Assembly (NCBI GenBank): GCA_951813565.1
Contig: OX638351.1
Span: 3,565,506-3,629,505 of the forward strand
DNA length: 64,000 nt
DNA from: an uncultured Poribacteria bacterium
GTDB lineage: Bacteria; Poribacteria; WGA-4E; WGA-3G
Direction: 5' to 3'
Part shown: positions 40,970-50,859 of the stretch, piece by piece
How positions within the stretch are numbered: the first letter of the stretch is position 1
Layout of the letters: the number at the start of each line of letters is the position of its first letter
The notes under the pieces: generated by a model
The model's database searches: none
What the model was told of the DNA's origin: nothing
The model's input: the letters and a program-made list of their open reading frames with translations, nothing else
Translations under genes and position numbers: made by a program

Positions 40970-42249
40970 TTTTTTGATGTAGTTAGAAGGGAAACCTGCT
41001 TTTGACGGGCTTGTTTTGCTTTACTCTCTAACCCGATGTGCGTGTAAACCGTGGCGAGCGTATCCCAATAATTTGCCTCAGTTGGTGCAAGCTCTGTGGC
41101 AGTTTGTGCATGGGATAGTGCTTTATCAAGATTCCCCCGCAATTCAGTATAGCAAACAGCGATATTATTATGTGCAATAGCGAGTGTTGCATCAATAAAG
41201 ATTGCTTTTTGGTAGGCATCAATAGCGAGTTCTATATTTTCCTGTTGGTGATAAGCAAGCCCTAAATTGTAATGCGCAGCGGCTAAAGATGGAGATAATG
41301 AAATGGCACGTTTATAGTATTCAATTGCTTTATCAGACCGCTTACGCGTCAAATACAAGATACCAAGATTATTATAACCTTTCGGATCGTCTGGATGAAT
41401 TTTGACCCACTTCTGTGCTTTCTGAAGAAGCGGGTCGGTGTGGCGGAGAATTTTGAAGAATGCCATTGTTGACGCTGCTTTTTCCTTCTGCCCAAGTTTA
41501 ATATATGTCTGGGCGAGTTGGTAATGTGCCTCTGTGTTATCACTCTGAATTTCAATCACTTTTTGAAATTGAGTTATAGCATCATCGTAACGTGTCTGCT
41601 TGGCATATACCTGCCCTAAACCTAAAATAGCACCAATTCCACTTGGATTAAGACGAACTGCCTTTGCATAAGATTTTTCTGCTTCAGAAAAGAGTCCTTG
41701 TTTCAGGTATGCCTCAGCGAGTCCGTAATGTGCCTCTGCCCATTTTGCGTCAATAGCGATCGCTTGTTTAAACGCATCAACAGCAGGTGGAAAAGTCCCC
41801 TGTTTCAGATAAACCAACCCGATATTATAGTGTGGTTCGGCTTTCTTTGGTGGTAACGCTAACGCTTTCTTATAAGCGTCAAGCGCTGCATTATATTGTT
41901 TGAGTTCTGAGTACGTTATACCGAGCGCGTTGTAAAAAACGGTAGAATTTGGATTGTGTGCGATGGCCTCTTTATATTCCAATACTGCCTTTTCAAATTC
42001 CTCCAACGCGTAGTAAGCGGATGCTTTTTGATAATGAACTTCAGCGAGCCAGTTAGCTTCCGCATCTGCTTTCGCTGAACGGATTGTTTCATCAAACGCT
42101 TTAAGTGCCTTGCTATATTGACCTTCTTCTAAATTTTTTATACCACGTTGGTAGTGTTCGCCGGCGCGATCAGCTAAAGCGAAGTTTACTAAAGCACTAC
42201 AAAGAATGAGTATCGTTAAGTATCTGAGGGATAGGCATAAATAATTCAA
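40966..42249 (-). CDS. Exported TPR-repeat protein whose 5' end is disrupted by a MITE
   Basis: Many TPR units (AHYNLG, A..YKKA); the original ATG appears to lie at 42583, beyond the insertion. Confidence 0.8.
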   Translation of the reverse strand: MNYLCLSLRYLTILILCSALVNFALADRAGEHYQRGIKNLEEGQYSKALKAFDETIRSAKADAEANWLAEVHYQKASAYYALEEFEKAVLEYKEAIAHNPNSTVFYNALGITYSELKQYNAALDAYKKALALPPKKAEPHYNIGLVYLKQGTFPPAVDAFKQAIAIDAKWAEAHYGLAEAYLKQGLFSEAEKSYAKAVRLNPSGIGAILGLGQVYAKQTRYDDAITQFQKVIEIQSDNTEAHYQLAQTYIKLGQKEKAASTMAFFKILRHTDPLLQKAQKWVKIHPDDPKGYNNLGILYLTRKRSDKAIEYYKRAISLSPSLAAAHYNLGLAYHQQENIELAIDAYQKAIFIDATLAIAHNNIAVCYTELRGNLDKALSHAQTATELAPTEANYWDTLATVYTHIGLESKAKQARQKQVSLLTTSKK

Positions 42250-42569
42250 TGTTATAGCGGATTCTACAATTAACTGGACATCTGAGCTGTCCGAGTGATC
42301 TCCGATTCCCGACTATTAGTGGTTTCGTCGCGATTCGGAGATCACTCCTACAGAATATATGTGAACTTATTTACATAATTTACTATAATGTGTGTTTAAA
42401 GGTAGTAGACACGCTCCGCATGCCGTAAACAGTTTAAAAGTGGCAACAAATACCAAACGCTTATTTGGCAATAAATTACGCGACTACAATCCGGATTTCT
42501 ACAAATGAGGAAGCACCTAAAGTACGGCACTGTCTGTGTTGCTGCGCCAAATAATTATGCACACACCTC
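42226..42569. mobile_element. IS256-type MITE (family D), second copy, 8-bp TSD
   Basis: Ends gagggataggcataaataatt / aataattatgcacacacctc; TSD aagtatct (42218-42225, 42570-42577); interior colinear with 38648-38944. Confidence 0.8.
42252..42388. mobile_element. TATAG-ended MITE, family B, inserted at a TA inside the family D element
   Basis: ttatagcggattc ... aatttactataa; near-identical to the 31.9-kb copy; absent from the 38648 copy of the host element. Confidence 0.8.
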
Positions 42570-42615
42570 AAGTATCTTAGCATTTGAAGACTGAGATTTC
42601 CCTTATGATTTAACT

Positions 42616-42642
42616 AAAAAAGGGCAGAGTTTCTCTGCCCTT
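42616..42642 (-). terminator. Rho-independent terminator of the LamG gene
   Basis: aagggcagag/ctctgccctt stem followed by a T run on the minus strand. Confidence 0.7.
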
Positions 42643-42653
42643 ACAAACCAAAC

Positions 42654-43433
42654 TTATTGACGGCGGTCTGCCTTAATGACTCCCCATGTTGTAGCCAGTT
42701 TCTCCGCGGGGTCTACCGGTGCAAAATCGCCAGCTTTGATTGTGTTAATCTCTGCTTCAGAAAGAATTCGATTAAAGAGATACACCTCATCAATGGTCCC
42801 TGTGAAAAATTCCTGACCGGGATGCCTTGCACCAACCATAATTGATCCGTCGATCTCAATGATTTGGGCAGGGTTATTATCAGTACCTACTTTATTGCCA
42901 TCATAGTAAATTGCAGACTCAGATTTAGGGTCATGTGTTACAGTAATATGCACCCAATCTTCGGGTTGATCTACATCAGAAATAGCTTCTGGAGACCAGT
43001 TTGGATCTTTAGAATAAAGATAAGTTTTTTTATTATTGTTATTAAAAATAGTTGCCCATACAAGTGGACCAGCAGAAACCATATAGTTCCATTCGCTAAT
43101 TTGCGCATTTCCGCGTTTGACCCAAAATGCTATGGTAAACTGTTCTCTTAACTGTAAAGTGTCGTTAATTGGCACTTTTACATGAGTTCCCTTTGTGCCA
43201 TCAAATTCAAGTGCTTTGCCACCAAATTGTCCATCAACCCATGTAGGATCTTTGATAAGTTCGCCATCATGTCCATATTCAGAACTATCTTTGGCAGTGG
43301 CACCCTTGCCTTCATCAAAGGAAAGATATAACACGAGCGATTTATCGTCCAAACCTGCATACGATGGTGTGATAACGATTAACAGTGTTAATATTGCAAC
43401 AAGCCCTATTGTAAATTGTAGAAATTTGCGCAC
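42654..43433 (-). CDS. Exported LamG domain protein with a TWGxIK tail
   Basis: GTG start after AGGAGG; LVLYLSFDEG, ALEFDG, WVHITVTHD, FTGTIDEV; ends PVDPAEKLATTWGVIKADRRQ. Confidence 0.87.
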   Translation of the reverse strand: MRKFLQFTIGLVAILTLLIVITPSYAGLDDKSLVLYLSFDEGKGATAKDSSEYGHDGELIKDPTWVDGQFGGKALEFDGTKGTHVKVPINDTLQLREQFTIAFWVKRGNAQISEWNYMVSAGPLVWATIFNNNNKKTYLYSKDPNWSPEAISDVDQPEDWVHITVTHDPKSESAIYYDGNKVGTDNNPAQIIEIDGSIMVGARHPGQEFFTGTIDEVYLFNRILSEAEINTIKAGDFAPVDPAEKLATTWGVIKADRRQ

Positions 43434-43512
43434 AAATGTATCCTCCTTAACAGGTTTAATAATTCTTTACTAATGGATGTCTTCCAAAATCTACTTGAAA
43501 ACAGCAGATTGT

Positions 43513-45255
43513 TTAGCAAGCACCACACTTTTTACAAACTGTAGTATCACATTCGCTTGTCATAAAGCCTTTTTCGTGTTTATTGAACTCAAGCTGTAGA
43601 AATTGAGGTTTAACGTTAAGGTCAAGATGATCCCAGGGGTTGACTTCGCTGAATCCACGTTGACGAAGCGCATAAAAATCAGGAGCTAATCCGTGTGCAC
43701 GGAAAGCATTGTTCCACGATGTCCCACGCGCAATTTCCAATATAACTTTGCCAAGTCGTCGGTCGCCGCGCGCAAAAACTGCTTCTTGATGTGCCATGCG
43801 CGCACTTGCAGACGATACTTTTATACTACCGAGACTGTTTATCTCCCGCTTCAGATAGTCAAGTTTTTTTGCAATAGTTTTTGGTGGTTCCATTGCTACC
43901 CACTGAAATGGAGTATGCGGTTTAGGCACCATTGGCGAAATCGTAAAACTGATACGCCCAATTTTTCCAGTCCGCTTGGCATGTGGCAGCAGAATTGTAC
44001 GCATCTCTTTCGCCATTTCTGCGATTGCTGTTACATCGGCAGGTGTTTCCTGAGGAACACCGATAAGAAAGTATAGTCGAAGATTAAGAATATCACGTTT
44101 CAATGCTTCTTCAAAAACATAGTAGAGTCGTTCGCGGGGAATTGCTTTATTTACAACCTTTTGAAGTTCTTCAGTCGCCACTTCGGGAGCGATGGTAATT
44201 GTGCCTTGATCGCTGTCAGCAAGCGCATCAAGAAGGGGAGTCTCAACGGTTTCTGCACGGAGTGATGCACACGAGATGCGAAATCCTCCGTCAACTAAAC
44301 CCGTTGCGATCTCGTTTATCTGTGGATGATCGGAGATGGACGCACCTACTAACCCAATTCTATTTGTAATACCCCTTGCTTTTTCTGCCAGTGCGAGTGT
44401 GTTTTCTACAGAACGTTGCCGTGGCCATCGGCGCGCGTAATCTGCTACGCAGAAGCGGCACTGTCTGCCACACCCACGCACAATTTCAATTAAATGCGCA
44501 TTTGAGAACTCAGTATTTGGGGTATGAATATGTGTGCAGGTTTCCACACCGTCCAGTTTCGGTACAGCTGCAGAACGAATTTTCTGAGGGAATCCTGGTT
44601 TTGCACTCACCTGTTTGACCGTTCCGTCGGAATGGTATGTAACATCATAAAAACTTGGTACATACAGACCGGGTTCTGTCCCAAGTGATTTCAGTAAGTC
44701 GGCTTTTGAAGCCTTTGACATTTTCCATTCGTGAAATTTATCCATCAATTCGTGGATTATCAGTTCTGCCTCACCTACAACAAAGACATCAATGAAATCA
44801 GCTAACGGCTCTGGATTATAAGAGATGTTAATTCCACCGGCAATAATAAGCGGATCCCACTCTGAGCGTTCCTCACTAAGCTGCGGTATGTTACCTAATT
44901 CCAACGCTCGTGGTATATTGATATAATCCGATTCAAATGAGACGGAGAATCCTACAATATCGAAAGCGTGAAGTGCTGTTTGCGTTTCTAAAGAGAAGAG
45001 AGGCATCTTCTTCTTCATGAGTTCGCGAACATATTGAGGTTCTGGTATAAAAACGCGTTCACACGCAGTATCCTTGCGACTGTTCAACGTGGCATGAATA
45101 ACTTGAACCCCTAAACTTGACATACCAAGTTGATATGTGCTTGGATAAACCAAGGCAAACTTGTTAGGTTTTCTAAAATGTGTAAGCGCGCTTTGACTCG
45201 GCACCGCGTATTTTTCGGTTTTTAGCAGCTGCTGTACGTGTTCGCGTAAATCCAA
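43513..45255 (-). CDS. Radical SAM protein with a B12-binding-like N-terminus
   Basis: YPSTYQLGMSSLG, CERVF, RGCGRQCRFC (CxxxCxxC), PKPHTPFQW, C-terminal CxxxxCxxCxxC. Confidence 0.85.
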   Translation of the reverse strand: MDLREHVQQLLKTEKYAVPSQSALTHFRKPNKFALVYPSTYQLGMSSLGVQVIHATLNSRKDTACERVFIPEPQYVRELMKKKMPLFSLETQTALHAFDIVGFSVSFESDYINIPRALELGNIPQLSEERSEWDPLIIAGGINISYNPEPLADFIDVFVVGEAELIIHELMDKFHEWKMSKASKADLLKSLGTEPGLYVPSFYDVTYHSDGTVKQVSAKPGFPQKIRSAAVPKLDGVETCTHIHTPNTEFSNAHLIEIVRGCGRQCRFCVADYARRWPRQRSVENTLALAEKARGITNRIGLVGASISDHPQINEIATGLVDGGFRISCASLRAETVETPLLDALADSDQGTITIAPEVATEELQKVVNKAIPRERLYYVFEEALKRDILNLRLYFLIGVPQETPADVTAIAEMAKEMRTILLPHAKRTGKIGRISFTISPMVPKPHTPFQWVAMEPPKTIAKKLDYLKREINSLGSIKVSSASARMAHQEAVFARGDRRLGKVILEIARGTSWNNAFRAHGLAPDFYALRQRGFSEVNPWDHLDLNVKPQFLQLEFNKHEKGFMTSECDTTVCKKCGAC

Positions 45256-45304
45256 TTCAATCCCTCTTTACTTAGCGTATATGCAAATAAGACAAGGTGT
45301 AGAA

Positions 45305-46651
45305 TTAATTTCTACGTTTATCCCTTCGCTGTTGAACCCGGAGAAATGCGGGGATGTCCCACTGTTTTTCACGGTTCTGATTTTGTTCATCGTTAGTTTC
45401 GCTATCGTCTTCTTCGGGTTTTTCTTGTCCTACCTGCTGTGGTGAAGTCCGTTGTCGGTTAGCAGGAAGGTGAGATGCAGCACCAGACGTTCCTTCGTTT
45501 CTTCGTCCTTGTGGTTGTCTGTCCCAAGCAGGGCGCTGCGTACCCTGTTGAGTCCGTCCTGCAGTACCTGTCTCAGTATTTCGAACCCGACTACCTTGAA
45601 GCATCGGATTTGGTTGTCCACCTTGTACGTTTTCTCCCTGCGGGTTAAGTCTGCCACTTTGACTTGAAACATAAGCAGAATCTGAAGGCGGGTCGAATCC
45701 AGTAGCAATTACAGTCACCAAGACTTCCTCGTTAAGTTCCAATTCATCTTTGTAGACCAACCCGAAGATCGGCTGTGCATCTGCGGAAGCTTCTACAATA
45801 ACCTGCATGGCTTCATCCAACTCGTGCATCGTAAAATCAGGCGGAGACGTAATATTGACAATCATTCCAACTGCTCCTGAAATGCTGGTTTCTTCAAGCA
45901 AGGGCGAGGAAATGGCAGCCGCCGCTGCAGCTTGCGCGCGGTTATCTCCTGTTGCCCGACCCATCCCCATCAGCGCGGTTCCAGCGTCGCGCATCACCGT
46001 TTCCACATCAGCAAAGTCAACGTTAATCTCACCCGATTCAGTAATAATATCAGATATGCTCTGGACACCGTGTAGTAGAATCTCATCTCCTATCTTAAAT
46101 GCTTCTGGAATCGGAAGTTTTCTATCAATTGTGTCAATTAGACGTTGGTTAGGCACAACGATAACAGAATCAGCACTATCTCGGAGTTCTCGCAATCCTG
46201 TTTCAGCTTTTTCAGCACGATGCCTTCCTTCAAAATTGAAGGGTCGGGTTACTACCCCAATCGTTAATGCTCCCTTCTCTTTAGCAAGCGAGGCCACAAC
46301 GGGTGCTGCACCAGTCCCAGTGCCTCCACCCATTCCAGCAGCGACGAAGACCATGTTGGCAGAATCCACAATTTCTTGTAAACATTCTCGGTCTTCGTCT
46401 GCTGCCCTTCTGCCTATCTCCGGATTAGCGCCTGCTCCCAACCCTTTGGTAGTGCTGGTTCCAATCGGAACAGATGTGGCACCATGGCATGTACTGAGTG
46501 CCTGTTGGTCCGTGTTTACAGCATAAAATTCAATGCCGGTGAGTCCAGCTTCGATCATACGCCTGACAGCGTTTCCGCCAGCTCCACCTACACCGATAAC
46601 CTTTATTTTTGCACTCAATTTTTCAAATTCTTCTTGTTCAAAATCTATCAT
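45305..46651 (-). CDS. ftsZ: Cell division protein FtsZ
   Basis: GVGGAGGNAV, GMGGGTGTG, INVDFADV, C-terminal DIPAFLR. Confidence 0.97.
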   Translation of the reverse strand: MIDFEQEEFEKLSAKIKVIGVGGAGGNAVRRMIEAGLTGIEFYAVNTDQQALSTCHGATSVPIGTSTTKGLGAGANPEIGRRAADEDRECLQEIVDSANMVFVAAGMGGGTGTGAAPVVASLAKEKGALTIGVVTRPFNFEGRHRAEKAETGLRELRDSADSVIVVPNQRLIDTIDRKLPIPEAFKIGDEILLHGVQSISDIITESGEINVDFADVETVMRDAGTALMGMGRATGDNRAQAAAAAAISSPLLEETSISGAVGMIVNITSPPDFTMHELDEAMQVIVEASADAQPIFGLVYKDELELNEEVLVTVIATGFDPPSDSAYVSSQSGRLNPQGENVQGGQPNPMLQGSRVRNTETGTAGRTQQGTQRPAWDRQPQGRRNEGTSGAASHLPANRQRTSPQQVGQEKPEEDDSETNDEQNQNREKQWDIPAFLRVQQRRDKRRN

Positions 46652-47239
46652 TCTTTATTTCAGTCACCTTTGGACGACACATCCTTCGGTGCCTCCGAGC
46701 TTATAACTTTCCTTCATTGTTGTAGAACGTTGTCTAACCAACGGCAACTTAATTCCTCCTTCTGCATAAGCATTTCATTGGATAAGTGCTATATCAGTGT
46801 GCAATTTTACACGCTTTGGTTTACCAATACTTTTCGTACAAATCTTGACTCCACCAAATTCTCCCCTCATTGTTGATATGCTGCAAATATGAATCCTAAA
46901 TCCAGTGCTTTACCTAAGTAACCATACGCTGAGAGTAAGGTTGCAATTCATTATCTCGTCGGGAAATTTAGAATTACCTTTAAATAAAGACACATACGTA
47001 CTTTCTTCCGTGGTCTATTCTCTGGATTAGTAATTAGATTATATCCAATTATACATATAATCTCGAATTAAATCAATACAATGCGTAATAGATTGGGTAA
47101 ATGTTGAATTGTGTTTCGTCGAAGGTTGTTAGGTTTCGACCCTCGATCATTTAGCTTGTCAATTCCAATACACTCTGTATTTTAGAATTACCTTAATTTT
47201 GAATAAAAACCGAATTGTCGCAGCGGCACCTCATAGGAC

Positions 47240-48475
47240 CTAATACCCGAACCATTCTTTTATACGGCTGAAAAACCCACCAATTGGACCTGAACCTCGT
47301 CTCAACGCTTGTGCTTGTTTTTTTTCACGCCGCAAAGATTCCCCGTACATTGCCAACCCTAAACTCGTAGCATACATCGGGTAATTTACCCTGTCCGTTA
47401 AACCCTTTAGTTCCATCGGATATCCGACTTGTACACGAAGTTGTAGAATCTGTTCCGCGAGTTCTACCAAACCATCCATAAGTGCAGTTCCCCCCGTCAA
47501 CACAAGTCCACCTGGAAGTTGCATATCCCCAAGTTCGCTCGCTATCCCCTCCAGAATTTGTACCATTCGGTATTCAATAATTTGCGCCAATTCATAGCGG
47601 CTAATAAACTTTGGTGGTGTCGAACCTGTTGTAATTGGAATCGGGTTTGTATCATCTTCTGGCACCCACTCTGTCCATGCACATCCACGGTGAAGTTTTA
47701 GTTCTTCTGCCATAGACAACGTCAATTTTAGGTATTGAGCGATGTCATTTGTTACATGTTGTCCGCCAACAGGAAACACAACAACATGTTGAATTGCATC
47801 TTCCTTATAAACAATAATTTCAGTCGTTTGGTCTCCGATATCTGCAAGTGCAATTCCCACTTCACGTTCGTCTCGCTGGAGAACAGATTTTGCTGATGCG
47901 ACTGGGGCAACTGCAAGTGTTTCCACGCTCGGAATTTCCGCACTCTCAACACTGTTCAACAAACTTTGAATTCCACTTGTGTTTCCAGTAATTATATATG
48001 CATTTGCTTCTAAACGAGAACCTGACATTCCAATAGGTTCTTTGATCCGGTTGTGCATATCAATAACAAAGTTTTGCTCAATCACGTGCAGAATATCTTG
48101 CCCCTCAGGGATAGCTGCAATCGCCTGTGCAGATTGCATCGCTCTATCTACATCATCCCTTGTGATCAACGAAGCATTTTTTACTGTAATCACACCGCGT
48201 GACGTTTGCCCAACAACATGCTCACCCGAAATTCCTAAACATACCGACTCTATGTTTACGCCTGCCATCAGTTCTGCTTCGGAAATCGCCTCTCTAATTG
48301 CTTCTGCGGTTAGATTGATGTCAACGACAACGCCTCTTCGCAAACCTTTTGAGTTTGCATAGCCGACACCAATAATCTCCATCTGACCATCCAGACCCGG
48401 CAAGGTATGGCATGCGACAACTGATATTTTACTTGAGCCGATATCTAATCCGGTGATAATGGTTCCTTTTGCCAT
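47240..48475 (-). CDS. ftsA: Cell division protein FtsA
   Basis: GLDIGSSKI, GLRRGVVVDI, PIGMSGSRLE, PVGGQHVTNDIA, VLTGGTA. Confidence 0.95.
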   Translation of the reverse strand: MAKGTIITGLDIGSSKISVVACHTLPGLDGQMEIIGVGYANSKGLRRGVVVDINLTAEAIREAISEAELMAGVNIESVCLGISGEHVVGQTSRGVITVKNASLITRDDVDRAMQSAQAIAAIPEGQDILHVIEQNFVIDMHNRIKEPIGMSGSRLEANAYIITGNTSGIQSLLNSVESAEIPSVETLAVAPVASAKSVLQRDEREVGIALADIGDQTTEIIVYKEDAIQHVVVFPVGGQHVTNDIAQYLKLTLSMAEELKLHRGCAWTEWVPEDDTNPIPITTGSTPPKFISRYELAQIIEYRMVQILEGIASELGDMQLPGGLVLTGGTALMDGLVELAEQILQLRVQVGYPMELKGLTDRVNYPMYATSLGLAMYGESLRREKKQAQALRRGSGPIGGFFSRIKEWFGY

Positions 48476-49432
48476 CTATTTGCTCTCACCTCCTAAATAG
48501 AGTGTATCTTCATATCGTGCATCTAAATATGTATATTTTTTTGGCAAGAGGATATCCTTATTGCCTGCACGTGTTTTCGTCAATGAATTTGTCTTTAACA
48601 TTTGTCTTTCTCTCTGGAAGATAAGGTGTCCTCGCTGTTGGACAAACAGTCCCGCATGATAAAGTCCGGTTTCAATTAGATCTGCCGCAATCCACACTGG
48701 AATCGGTAAACTTTCTATGTCTATTTTAATTTGTTGCGAAACTCGCGCATCAATGGTTTTCATATATTTTGCCAATTCAGGTTCTCGCGACATTGCTAAC
48801 TTCAGGGTGTGAATACCGAGCTGTGTTGTGCTGGTATTGATCTGCTTGCCAACTTTAGGCACTTGTATTCCTTCATCCAAAATGAGTGTCATGTGGTTAT
48901 ATTTTTCCGGTGTAATAGATTCTAACACATAACCGTCTTCATTTATCAAAAAAAGTTCATTTTTGCTTTTCCTTCCTACTGTTTCTTGAGATGTCTTTTC
49001 TGATTTCGTTTTTTCTAATATAATATGATTCACTCGTGCAAACGGTTCACGCTCAGTAATTTCAATGGTCAACTGACGTTTTACAAAACTTCGGGAAACG
49101 TGAGCATCCTCAATATAACTCAGATTTTCCTTCAGATAGGTAACAGTTTGTACTTCAGAATCTGTGACGATATTATCAAGGTTTTCGCCTAATACATTGT
49201 AAATTTGCCCTTCAGTGTAGTGCGAATTACCAAAAAGTGCTATGGATACTTGTACGCGTTCAAAATCGAAAAATCCGAGGACGATTTTCCCTAAAAACAA
49301 CAAGGTTACAACCAAAGTTCCTAACACAAACATCCGTCGAGCGCGGTATTTTGATGGGCGCACTTGTCTCGGTTTGAAAATACGATGGGAAGTACCTCCT
49401 TTTTTCTGCCTACGTACTTTTTTAAGTTTCAT
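48476..49432 (-). CDS. ftsQ: FtsQ/DivIB-like protein
   Basis: Basic N-terminus, single TM, POTRA-like GNSHYT...IEITEREP, YLDARY; positioned before ftsA. Confidence 0.7.
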   Translation of the reverse strand: MKLKKVRRQKKGGTSHRIFKPRQVRPSKYRARRMFVLGTLVVTLLFLGKIVLGFFDFERVQVSIALFGNSHYTEGQIYNVLGENLDNIVTDSEVQTVTYLKENLSYIEDAHVSRSFVKRQLTIEITEREPFARVNHIILEKTKSEKTSQETVGRKSKNELFLINEDGYVLESITPEKYNHMTLILDEGIQVPKVGKQINTSTTQLGIHTLKLAMSREPELAKYMKTIDARVSQQIKIDIESLPIPVWIAADLIETGLYHAGLFVQQRGHLIFQRERQMLKTNSLTKTRAGNKDILLPKKYTYLDARYEDTLYLGGESK

Positions 49433-49438
49433 TATATT

Positions 49439-50809
49439 TTAGCTAATTTCCGATGCGCGTCTACTTAAAAACTTGCGTCCTACATTGACAACGTCCCCGG
49501 CACCGAGCGTGATAACCAAATCATTAGATTGTGTTATCTCCATTAGACGTTCAACTACCTCATCTATGTCAGACACGTAAATTACATGTGGATGTCCGTG
49601 TGCTTCTATCGCCCGAGCTAAGTTTTCCCCAGTCACGTTTTCTATTGGTTCTTCACCCGCACCATAGATTGATGTAACAATTAGAACATCTGCTTGATAA
49701 AATGATCGGCAGAACTCACCGGCTAAATCTCGAACACGCGCGTATCGATGAGGTTGAAAAACTGCCACAATTCGTCTGTTATAGCCTTCTCTGGCACCTT
49801 GCAGGGCTGCCATTAGTTTAGCAGGATTATGCGCGTAATCGTCAACTACAACTATATCATCAACAGTTCCCAACACTTCAAACCGGCGATGGACACCTTG
49901 AAAGGATTCAAGTGCGTCCCGAATCTTCTCAAACGGAATTTCTAACTCAAGACCTACTGCTATGGCAGCTAATGAGTTGGAAATATTGTGCCGCCCTGGC
50001 ATCTTAAGATGTATTTTGCCACAGACTGACCCATGATTCCGAACTTGATAGTGAGAAGTGGGTCCGTCAATCTTAATTTCCTCCGCAATCAAGTCTGCTC
50101 GGGTGTCAAGCCCGTATGTCACAAATTTCTTTTCAACCTCAGGAATGAGTTTTTGGATATTTTCTTGGTCAAGACACAAAACGGCAGTCCCATAAAAAGG
50201 AACTTTGTTGATAAAGGTTAAAAACGTCTTTCCGATCTCTTCCACGCTATCGTAATAATCCAAGTGATCAGCATCAACAGAGGTGACAACAGCTATAGTT
50301 GGATAAAACATTTCGATTGAACCGTATGCTTCATCTGCTTCTATTACCATTACATCGCCGTGTCCGCTGCGTGCGTTACTGCCATTGACTAACTTGCCTC
50401 CAACAACAACCGTTGGGTCAAGCGTTGTCAGCACGGCTGCGGTCATTGCTGTTGTCGTGGTTTTCCCATGGGTGCCGCTAACTGCTATGCTGTACCGCAT
50501 CCGTGTAATTTCATTTAGCATTTCTGCTCCCCTTACAACAGGGATTTGTGCAGAAATTGCGGCTTTCAGCTCTGGATTGTTCTCAGGAATGGCTGGCGAC
50601 ATGACGACTACGTCTGCCCCGTTAACTTGGGAGGCTGCATGACCGTACCAAATTTTAGCACCACAAGTTTTGAGATGTTCAGTTGTTGCTGACTTTTGTA
50701 TGTCTGAACCAGTAACGTCAAAATCAAGGTTAAGAAGGACCTCTGCAATTCCGCTTAAGCCAGCTCCACCTATGCCTATAATATGGATATGTTGTATTTT
50801 ACCAAACAA
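49439..50809 (-). CDS. murC: UDP-N-acetylmuramate--L-alanine ligase
   Basis: IGIGGAGLSGIA, GTHGKTTTT, EADE, DDYAHNP, FQPHRY; TTG 50809 after GGAGG. Confidence 0.95.
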   Translation of the reverse strand: MFGKIQHIHIIGIGGAGLSGIAEVLLNLDFDVTGSDIQKSATTEHLKTCGAKIWYGHAASQVNGADVVVMSPAIPENNPELKAAISAQIPVVRGAEMLNEITRMRYSIAVSGTHGKTTTTAMTAAVLTTLDPTVVVGGKLVNGSNARSGHGDVMVIEADEAYGSIEMFYPTIAVVTSVDADHLDYYDSVEEIGKTFLTFINKVPFYGTAVLCLDQENIQKLIPEVEKKFVTYGLDTRADLIAEEIKIDGPTSHYQVRNHGSVCGKIHLKMPGRHNISNSLAAIAVGLELEIPFEKIRDALESFQGVHRRFEVLGTVDDIVVVDDYAHNPAKLMAALQGAREGYNRRIVAVFQPHRYARVRDLAGEFCRSFYQADVLIVTSIYGAGEEPIENVTGENLARAIEAHGHPHVIYVSDIDEVVERLMEITQSNDLVITLGAGDVVNVGRKFLSRRASEIS

Positions 50810-50859
50810 CGCCAACCTCCAGCACAAAACCAAATTAAATCAGGAATACGTTTGTTTTT

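Noticed and set aside
45807..46526. 239-aa plus-strand ORF
   Set aside because: Antisense shadow of ftsZ with no recognisable motifs.
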